Program-made: the position numbers and the translations under genes
Notes under the pieces: model-generated
Databases searched by the model: none
What the model was told of the DNA's origin: nothing
The model's input: only the letters and a program-made list of their open reading frames with translations
From: Chrysomallon squamiferum
Lineage: Eukaryota > Animalia > Mollusca
Length of the DNA stretch: 64,000 nucleotides
Assembly: GCA_012295275.1 (NCBI GenBank)
Contig: CM022672.1
Location: 4,278,001 to 4,342,000 of the forward strand
Reading direction: 5' to 3'
Shown: one piece after another, positions 25,201 through 64,000 of the stretch
Position numbering within the stretch: position 1 is the first letter of the stretch
Layout of the letters: each line of letters starts with the position of its first letter

Positions 25201-28200
25201 TCATTAGTCTGTGATAGGAAGTGATAATTAAGCTGTAATGAAAAGAGATTGGAAATAGAGTGATGACTGCCGCTTTTTGACACAGTCATATCTCATTCAT
25301 GACTTGCCTCATCTTTCTCTCATATCACTCATAAACGATTTGTTATCTTTTTCGGCAAGCATCATTCCATCAACACATCTTTATCCTTTGACCCTGCCTC
25401 TCATTATATGGAGAGTGATGGGGCAGGCAGGTAGAAGGGGGATGCAAATGGATAGATCAGAGAGAAATAGGACAAGAAAGAGAAACTGATTTTCATACTG
25501 CAAATTAATGATGTATGTAAAAAACAATATATATACATTTTTTTTTTTCCACTTAAACATTTATAGGGGTAGTGAAATCAGAATACTTTCAGGATTGTGG
25601 TAATTAGGAATAAAGGAACTGTTAGGTAGGAAGGATACATTATTGACAAAGTTGAAAATTAAAGAGGGGGGAGTAAAATCAGGAGGGAGGCTGTTGGTCA
25701 AAAATGGATTTTCCATTATGAATAGAATTTGTTTATGGGGGGTTCTTAGGGATAGGAAGACGTTGTTATAAGATAGCTTAGTAATATTCTGCTGTGAATT
25801 GAGAGTATTAAGCCAAGGGAGGGGGAATTACACCCAGCAGGAACTGTGACTTCTGGGAAAGCATGGTCCTCTAACCAGCAACATATGTGATGCATTTAAA
25901 CTGGTTAAATCAGAAAGGACGAGTTTCTTCAACTATGGTTGATCTGTATCTGTACTCTGTCTTCTCTGATTATCTCAGAAATAATGTAAGTTTCTTGTGT
26001 TTTTATCTTCTTCCTGGACATGTTTCCTAAACTCAGCTGTAACATTTTATATTTGTCAATTTTGTTTGATATTTTTGAATTAATTAATTAATAATTTTAA
26101 ATTTTTATTTTAGATTAAATTTCATTTTACTTATATATTTTTTATTTTATACTTTGTAGTCTATACAGAGCATCTTTGTAAAAATGTACATTTCAATAAG
26201 ACGTAATTATCTGAAGGAGTTTTTGTCCTTGTTTCTCTTTTTAGGCTGTAGTTTTATTTATAATGCATGACACAACTTCAAACTGTTAAGCTTGACTTTG
26301 AGAACATTGAGCCAAATGTTTATAGCTGAAAGAAAAACACATGTCTCTTGTAACCTCCAGAGAATCTACACGTACATTGTGTATCTGTGTCTTCTTCAAG
26401 TTTGAGCTGCTAGACCAACAAGTGAATTCCAAACATTCACATGGTGCTTTGCAAGAGTGCTCTGTTTATGTTCGACATATATTACCCAAGGCACATTACA
26501 CACTGAGCAAAACAATCTATCTTATCTATATTTACACTTTCCACCATGATCTGTTTTTTCATGAAGACATTTTGTATCACTGACAATCAGTTTGTTGCTC
26601 AAAAAAATATAAATGGCTCTGAATATAAAAATTACATGAAGTGTAATTGGCAGAAATTAGTTCATATGATTTCTTTTTCATTCTTTTATTTCTGTTTTTT
26701 TAATATTGACATATTAAGGTGATATTTTCATTTTAATTATTCACTAGAAGCTTACAACCTCTAATCTAACTTAATGAAATATTGTTACTATATTTTAATT
26801 GATTATTATGTATATACCCGGTGTTGTTTTTTGCTTTTTAAAATAAATATCTAATACAATTTTTGATTACTGCTGTTAGGATAATTGTCAAGCGATAATT
26901 AAAGTACATAATAAATTCATGTGGTAAGTACACCGTTATAAAGGATGGGAATAATTATATCTCTGATTTGCTTCCTGTGAAATGTTAAGATATCAAATCA
27001 GTTTATTAGTGATGTTTGCTGGAATGGCTCAGCACCTCCCTACATTTTATAGCCTTTCTAAAACCTAATGATTTGACTACTGTGTCATTAGAACTTGTTT
27101 TCACCACTGCAGGTGGAATAACTAATATATTTAATGGGCAGTTGTAGTTGTTTGACTGAGGTGGTCAAGATAATGACCGAGATAGAGTTTCTAGATGAGT
27201 GGGTTTTTCCCATGGATTGCTGGACACAGGATGGTGAAAATCCCTAAGGGTGTGGAATTAAAATCTGTTGTGCATTAAGGGTGGGTTTAGGGGAGGTTAT
27301 GCTTCACCAGGTTTGTTGATTATAAAGGATAAGAACTGACAACAAATTCCTAAGATAAAGATAATCTGGTTTAATCTTAGTAAGCATTTGTTAACATCAA
27401 GGGGAATTGAATCCTGTTACAATGTTTAGTTAGAATGTTTTAGGATTTGTTTTTAAAAAGCATTAAATAAAGTTTCAGATGATGCAGTATGCAAGCTTTT
27501 AAGAATTTAAAACAAAATAATAATAAATAAATACATAAAATAAAAAATATAAAGAAATGAAAAAGGAAAGAAAGAAAGGAAGGAAGAAGAAAACTATTAT
27601 TTTATTAATTAGTAGAATCCAGCATATATGTGTGACAGAGAAATATAAAAACAAAGAGAAGATCTCCAAGAAACAGTATTATATTACCTGTATCAAAGCT
27701 AATTGTTTATATTGAATACAGTGTACATTTCAAACAACTGTTCAAATAAACAAAAATCCTGAGAATATTTCAGATGGGTGTGGGGAGATAACTATTAATA
27801 TTACTTCACATTGCAAACATAAAAGAAATATTACTTTAAGTGGCGACAAGTATAATTTTCTAATGCATCCTGTTTATTTGACATAAGGAAACTGTAAGTA
27901 TTTTTATCTGTGTTTATAATAACAGGCGGCCCTCACCATTTCAACACTGACCAGATGTCCTATCACATGGCTGTACTGGGAACATTTTTTGAACATATTT
28001 CTAAGAGTTACACATCAATTAAGTTTTCATCCCCCTGTAATGCAACACTTGGTTCAAATACCACACCTTCATTTCTGTTCTTGGCAAACAAGTTAATTTG
28101 TCACAGGAATCAACATATAATTGTATACTGAATAGTTCATAGTGTTGAGATTATTGCTCCACAGGGTTTTGTACTATGTCTGTGAGTGAAGGTAGCCTCT

Positions 28201-30095
28201 TAATGAAGTTACCTTGGTTTACTGCAAGTATTTCTAAAAACCAAAATATGAAACCCATTCTAATTTTAATGTTAATGGTGTTCTGTTTACCCTTCAAGCT
28301 CATTAAAGTGTTAGTATTCTGTTACTCCTGTAATAAGGGCATAGAACTGTCCTGTGACTGTGTGCGTATTGAAATCTTCAATAGATCTTCCTCTCCACTA
28401 AAAATGACATAAGTCCCTTAACCAATATACATATTCCAGCTATTACACAAACACACACACATTATGAGGTGGCTGTCTACAGGCAACAGGGGCCCTGTCA
28501 TCTAACAGTTAATTGCTTCATACCAGTGTTAATGACTGACCGGCTGTGGATTATTAGAGATACAGCATAGGCTGATGCATGTGTTTATTGTCAGTGCTGG
28601 TTTATTTGTTAATGTATTGTCAGTATGTGCTTGGTTATTTGCTCATTCTTAGCCAGAATTTTATTACTAAGAAAACAGATGGTGCAGACAGTCATGATTT
28701 TAATTTATGTATAGTTTTTAAACTTTGGACATAGATACAGGTTTTAGTTTTTTGATGTTCTAGAGTTGCCTAATTCAAGGTATACTATAAAGTTGTAATG
28801 TGTTATCTGCTTTTAGTTTACCCATCATAATTCTTGAATTCTTAGTTGTTCTTTTTGTTGTTTTTTCTAAATTAGTAAGATAAGTAACAGTAATTATTTT
28901 TTTTACATGTTTATTATTATTATTTAGAAAGTTGTTAAATAAAAAAAATGCTTATATTTCCTAATAATTATCTTTCTTGACTTTCATTATAATCTTGTCT
29001 TCCGTCTGGGATTGTTTGTGTATGTGTGTGTATGTCTACTGGTGTCTAGCCATGTGCTGTCATGTTATGAAATGATAATTTATTACAATAAGCAGTGTTT
29101 GAGATCTTTTTGTCTTCCATCTCTTAAGTGAGTGACAGCTTCCTTGTTTATGACATAGTGAACTTAGTAACTCATATCATTAACACTGTCCCATCGCAGG
29201 CCGCATGGACATCTTTACAAAACATTTTAACCATTCCAAATAACGCACGAGTTTCCTGCAGTTTCACCACGCAGTTCCAGCACAAGAAGGCTTGCCAGGA
29301 GAGTATATTAATAGTGTTTATGAGTTAACATATTTGTAGCAAAATGCACTTGTTTCCTCAAGTTCACGACACATTTTCACAATTGTGACAGAAAGTAAAA
29401 TTACGTACCAGCCGACCCTAGTGCAAAAAAATCCCACTTCCAGATTGGTAGCAGTGCTGAAATGGAATTATTTTCTCTGAATACCAGACTGAACCACCCT
29501 AAACTCTGCATATGTTGGCTTCCAGAAATTGTGAAATGTTTCTAAATGTGATTTGTAATAAAGGGATTTTCAGTTGTATTTAGTATATAGAAATGTTGAT
29601 AAATGTTTTAGTATATAGGTTGTATTTAATACTGAAATTTGTATTTTTGGTATTTTTATTAAAGATGGTCATGCTTAACACTGACTGCTAGAAATTAATT
29701 TAAGAAAATTACTTTAAATGAATGATTATATAATGTATGTGTTATTTTCAAAGTCTGTAAACGGATTAAATAATGCTGATTTTTGCCAGAAAGTCAACAC
29801 TAAATAATTTTAGAAACAGTTTTCTTGGTTTTGTAGATTTTTTCAGTGTAATTTTTATAATGGTTGAATTTCAATTAAAAGGAGAATGAATATCTTCTGC
29901 TAATATATGAGAATGGCTTCTTTTAATAAAGGCATATGAAAATATATTATAAACTGCTTTTAAAAAAAATTACTATAAAATGCTTATTTCTTTATTTTTG
30001 TTTTTCAGTCAATGGATATGTAATAGTGCATAGTCATTTCAGTAGTCGGAGGAGAGACGGAAGAATATGTGGTGATAGTTTACCTGTGTGATATA

Positions 30096-58282
<28,187 letters not shown>

Positions 58283-61200
58283 TTAGTCAGGATCAGTTGA
58301 TTCCATCACAATTATTGGTCACAAAAAAATAAAAGGGCTTTTTCAGAATGTTAAGTTTCTGTGACATCTGAAAGATGAGACATGTATAGACAGACTGTCT
58401 TCAGAACTGTTTGGTCTGTGAAACTTCTGTGTTAGAAAATCACTTTTTCTATAACATTTTGACAAGGAAAAAATAAAAATAACTCAGTGAAATGATAAAA
58501 ATTTATTCATTTCGGTATAGGAACCATTTGTTTTTAAAAAAAAAAAACAATTTTGTGTGACTTTGAAAGAAGAAAAGAATTTTATGTATCTCATATACAA
58601 AGACCTTTTTCATTTTGGTCCAGGAAACGGGTGTTCTGAAACAAAATTTTGAGTGTTTTTGAAGATAGGTTTTCTATTCATTTTGATCCAGGGAACATTT
58701 ATGTTTTGTTTATAAATGAAATATTCTGCAGTTGGAAGCAGATTTATGTTAGATCTTCCATAATAGGACTAAAACCAAAAGAGTGCTATTTTGATGAAGA
58801 AATCAAGATGTAAGCAAAAGTCTTTATTTCAACAAAAGGATTTTTTTTTTGTTCTTATATATGAATTTTATGTATAAATTGCAAGGAAATATTGTGCAAA
58901 TAAATTTTGCTTTCAGAATATTATATTTTCATGAGCTGTAAAATGATTTTGTCTCTGATAACTGTACATAAGTGTAGTATGCTCAAGGATATATATTTGT
59001 TGAGTTCACTTTATTTTGTTAAACCTCTGAAAAAGTAAAAAAAAAAAAAAAAATATATATAACAATACAAATGTAATAATAATAAAAATAATAAATAAAT
59101 GAATGAAAAATAATTAAAATAATTAAAAAAAAAAAAACAATAGGAGAAGAAAGTGTATATTTGTTTTAGTAGTAATAACTCAGCTTTTAAAGAATTTGCC
59201 GCAAACAGTTTGCTACCCCTGTGTGCCAATCTCATGTCATTTGTATATTTTTTCATAATGCATCTTCAGTCTATAGTCCCTTAGATGTGCAAGATGTAGC
59301 AGATCACATTTCTATATTGGTAAAAGTTCATAGTGCATCATGTTACTAATTTTATATTCAGAAATATGTTATTTGCCTAAAAACAGGGAAAATATTGAGT
59401 AATATACAATTTTTGAGGATGTTTTTAAATAACAAGAAATGCTTTCTAATTGTTGATTGGAAGTCTTTTCTCTGTGCAAAACTTTTATATGAAATATATA
59501 TAAAAATTAAATACAGTTTACATTAATTAAATCACTGTCATTGATGTTGCATATAGTGAATATTATACATTAAGTTTCATTTGTTTTGACTTGACCCATA
59601 CTAGATTGTGTAAGAGATTAAGTCTGAGATGTGTATGTGTGAAAGGTATATTATAGTTTTTAATCAGGTTTGTCACAGATTATTTACACAAGTTTACTAC
59701 AAGATTATTGGCTATTCAGTCAGGTAATTTGAAAGAACTGTTCCAGACATTATCAACAGTATTGAAAAAAGGGTGGAAAGGTTTTGTTGTCGTTTTAATA
59801 TAAATAATTGTTTTCATTACTTTTTTAATTTTATTTTTTACTTTAATGATTTGAAAAATAACAGATCTATTAAATGTAACAGATGTGTTTTATATTTAAA
59901 ACAATACTGCAAACCACCCCTTTTTGGCCTCAGGAACAGCTCCTAAATATAATCTCACGGCACAAGTACACTCCATTAAATGTTCATATTAATCACTGGT
60001 TATTCTTTGTGGTAATCATTTTGATGTTGTAAAAAATCTTTTAAGGGTTTTATTATTTGTTTTAATCTTTAACTAGCTTTGATTTTAAACATTGATGTTT
60101 TAACAGTGTAAGCATCAGTGATTTTAAAGTCATCAAGTCATATATGTTATTTATCAGTTCATCATACACACCCACTAGGTATATTTGTGCCCTGAGATCA
60201 TTGTGTTCATGTTTTGTGTTTGTTGTTTTGAAATTCCAATACAGTCAAATCTTTTTATCCAGTAAAATTTTATCTCTAGTAATATGTACATTATCAATAA
60301 AAATGACATGTTTTTTTAATATTTCTCTTTAATTATGAATAGAAAGAAACATTTAAAGCAAAATAGACAAATATAAAACAGTTCTGACAATCAGAAATAA
60401 TCAAATTAATAAAATTAATAACTGAAATTTCCATGACTTGGTCATGAACTTTTGAGTAGAATTCGATTTTCAAAATGGCTGAAACTATTGTATCAGAACC
60501 ATTGTTTCAGTTAAGTAGCAATAACCCTATTTATAATAATAGGAACACAAATGTTCTGTTTTTTAATTTATAGAAAGTTACAATACACTAGAACAAAAAT
60601 CAAAATGCACTTATTAATTTGATAAACTGATTTGGCTGTAGAGGATTTTAATGTGTCTTGCCAAAATACAACTGCATTTATAGAGGACCACTGCCAATTT
60701 GCAATATATATTTGAGAAAAGCATTTAGTTATACATTTTTCAGATTTGTTAGTATACTTTTTAACTAGCAGCCATCAAAAATAGAACAATATCACTCATT
60801 CCCTGTCATGTTGCTTTATGTCAGATTTTATATATCTGTTTTGAGGACTACACAATGTTGGCTTTTTAAAAATTATTCATTGTTAACATTCTTTTGTTGT
60901 TTTAATTTATTCTTTTTTAAGGTACTTAAAATTTTGGTTTTAAGCCTAATTATTGCAAATAATGTAAATGATTTGTTGCTAAATTTAACTGATTAGTTTT
61001 TATTTTTCCAATCAATTCATCTTGATCAAATTTATTAACATTAATATTTAATTTCCATAACTTACATTTGTTTTTTGTTGTTATTACATATTTTTTTTTT
61101 TTTTTTTTGGTTTTCATTTTAATTATTATTATTTAATCAGTTGGCCAGCTTAAGACCTAATTTAGGTGCATTATATAAATAATGTGCAATTTGTCTTTTT

Positions 61201-62893
61201 ATTTACTCAACATATGTTGTTGCCAATATTCAACAAGTCTGATATATAGTGCTTCCACAAATGTGTTCATTGTTTCTATTATTAGTTTGCAGCATTTGCT
61301 AACCTGACTGCCAAACTTTGGAGTAAATTTTAATAATCTAAATTATTAATACTATCTTTATTTTGTGGTGATTTGTTAAATAAGTTATGTTGTTTCAAAG
61401 TACTTAATGATTTGTAAAAATGAAGAACTATGAGCTATCATAACATAGCTACAAAAACTGTATATGTATGTATGTATAGTGTTCAAATGTTGTATAATGT
61501 TTTTATGATATCTATAAATATCTATCTATCTATCTATATATTATGAGCATTTATGTAGCACTGTGTGCACAAGGGCAATACTGACAATCAGAGTCAAAGT
61601 AAATATACAAATCTTGTATTTTCATCCAAATGGAGATTGCATGGTAAAAATGACATATATTTGATTATTTAGAAAGTAAAACAGAACTTGATTGGTAACT
61701 GAAGAATTTGTGGGTTAAAACACCAATTGAAATGTTTGCATTTCAGTGAAGACTGAAACCAGCTTTACTAAAAGCACTTTCATTTCTTCCAAGAAAGAAA
61801 TGTGTTTTGAGTCACCAGTATTAATTAGCTTTTATATATGCCAGACACAAAAGAACACAAATAAAAAGATAACTTTGGAGACAATGTGTACAACCAGTCT
61901 TTCAAATTTTACATACATGCACTCCAAATATTTAGTGTAGAACACATTATTGCAACAATGAAAGCCAGCTAAAGTGTTTTTTAATTATTGAAATAATGAG
62001 CCACTTTCTGGTTAAGTAATAATTAAAATGAATCTCTGTTTTGATTGGTTCATGCAGATCATGGCTGTCAGTGGTTTTAAACTGGTACACGATACACTGT
62101 TTGTGACTGGCTCATCAGGAACCAATGGGAATAATTGCTGTTGATTACTGAAAAAAGGACTTCTTAGTCTTTCTTTTTTCTTTTTTTTTTTTTTTTTTTG
62201 ATGAATCAGACAAAGTAATTGGTATTGTAAATAGTGGCGATTCATGGTTTAACTGGTTGGTCTTGGAAACATCCAGTACTCTAAGCAGCTTATTTGAAGT
62301 AAAGAAAGGAACACAATTATTTTGCATTTAACAGCATTCAACTAAAACTGGTAACATGCAAATCTCCAAGCAAACATATCGCTTTTGACAACATTCATTA
62401 CATGCAGTGCATTTTTGTAAAAAAAGAATGTTTTTTTTTTCATTTAGAAAATTTTGTTTTTTAATTATATATTTTATTTTTTTATTGCTAGCAGGCAGCA
62501 GCATTCATTCAGCTTATGACAAAAGTTGTGTCATGACTGAAGTTTTCTTTGAAAATTTCAGTTAGTATCAATTTCTACAGTTTAAATATTTGCTACAAAC
62601 AGTTTTATCTTTTTTGAGTAAATTTTAGAATTTTTCTGAGACTTTTTTACATTTTGCATTGATTAACAAATCTGGAATTGATTTGTTTTGGCAAAATCAT
62701 GCATTTTTGTCATTTAGTTTCTTTTAATGACAAGTACTACTAATTTCAGCAGAGGTACTTTTTAAAGGTATAATTACCAACTTTAATACCAATCATTCAA
62801 CTTCTCTGATACAGCCTGGCAATGATAACAAGTTATTTCAAAATAAATATAATTTAGTTCTGTGTTTCCGTCTATTAATTAGTTCAGAAAATC

Positions 62894-62916
62894 ACTAAAT
62901 AATGAAACAGATTTGA

Positions 62917-62948
<32 letters not shown>

Positions 62949-63064
62949 CTTTTTGGGAAGGAGAAAGTACATTATAAACAAATACTAAATAAGAAAATAG
63001 GTTTGAGTAATAATGATGATGATGATGATGATATTTTGGGAAAAGAGGAAATACATTATAAATA
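62894..63064. repeat. diverged tandem duplication of about 90 bp with embedded microsatellites
   Basis: Both copies read ACTAAATAA...TTTGAGTAATAAT(microsatellite)...TTTTGGGAA...TACATTATAAA (62894-62983 and 62984-63064). Confidence 0.8.
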
Positions 63065-63619
63065 TGTACATTTGTAATTATTTATTCATTGGAAGTTGTG
63101 TCATTCTTAACATTATAACTTTGAGACAGCTTGATATCATTGCTCATGGTGAATTACATCACAGACATCATTTTATAATTAGAAAATCAAGATTTAACAT
63201 GGCTCATTCAAATGCCTGCCTCTTTCAGCACCATGTACATTTTAATCATGCTACTAGTAAAGTGCTGTTCTTGTTTGTAAATGATGTAAAATGCTGTAAT
63301 TAGTACCAATAAAAACACCAATAATATTCAGTCTTTTGTTTTTTTCTAGTTACCTGTTTTCACCACCAGTATGACAAACATTTCTATTATTATTAGTATG
63401 ACAAACATTATTATTATTTTTATGTTATTATTTCTTTATTATTTATATATATATATATATATATTTTTTTTTTTGTTGATGTGTCTAATTAATTTATTAA
63501 TTGCGAGAAATTAAATACTATAAGTCAGTTCTGTTGCAAATAATAAAATTATAATGTCTACCAGTGATTTCTCTTCATATAATCTTAAACACAGAAACTT
63601 AATGGTGTAAAAATGTAAT

Positions 63620-64000
63620 TTATAACTTGCACGTTTTATTCAGTTGTCATGGTCCAATCACTTTCAAACGGTTTTCCTCAAGTGCAATTGCGGAAAATTT
63701 TGATTTCTACTTGCGCAGAATAGCTCTGTTGGACGTTTGGATGAATCTCGCTGTCTCCGTCAGAGATACGTCTATATCATTTTTTAGTTAATCTTTGCCA
63801 TTCATTCCGGCTAGTATACGCGTTTAACAAAGCTGTCACATGTCAATCAGATGACCGAGACGTCACTATCTCGGTCGAATCGAACTTTCGAAGTTTCTGA
63901 GTTGGTGATTTTATGATAGGGGTCTTGGGTTTCTTCTTGTAGTGTATGTAAGTTCGACTGCTTGGTACTTTTTAAGGTACCGGAGAAGTCGAAAATGACC
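63620..64000 (+). promoter_or_regulatory. CpG-rich probable promoter/first exon of a neighbouring gene
   Basis: Abrupt return of CpGs, CRE-like GACGTCA (63859-63865) and a donor-like TAT|GTAAGT at 63947/63948. Strand inferred from the donor only. Confidence 0.45.

Noticed and set aside
63013-63303. 96-aa ORF beginning MMMMMM
   Set aside because: The start derives from a (TGA/ATG)n microsatellite in a tandem duplication; no protein-like features.

Overview
AT-rich, microsatellite-rich eukaryotic DNA from an invertebrate animal; a mollusc/gastropod is my guess from protein style and SINE-like remnants, not proven. The main feature is one intact fibroblast growth factor receptor (FGFR) gene on the + strand. 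I assembled it by hand from 18 phase-compatible GT-AG coding exons (30096-58282; 2451 nt, 816 aa): signal peptide, three Ig domains, TM helix, split tyrosine kinase and YLDL tail. A probable non-coding first exon and CpG-rich promoter lie at about 15.0-15.5 kb. The window also holds a tRNA-Val(CAC) gene with an atypical U73, a 38-bp minisatellite, decayed SINE-like remnants and a probable promoter of the next gene at the right edge. By eye, CpG is common over 1-17.6 kb, nearly absent through the FGFR gene body and returns after about 63.5 kb, which fits mosaic gene-body methylation. The most novel leads are speculative: a candidate alternative terminal exon in the IgIII intron (secreted FGFR decoy), a candidate spliced small ORF or microexon upstream, stacked uORFs, and CpG-retaining intronic elements with paired motifs. 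No prokaryotic-type system (CRISPR etc.) is visible.
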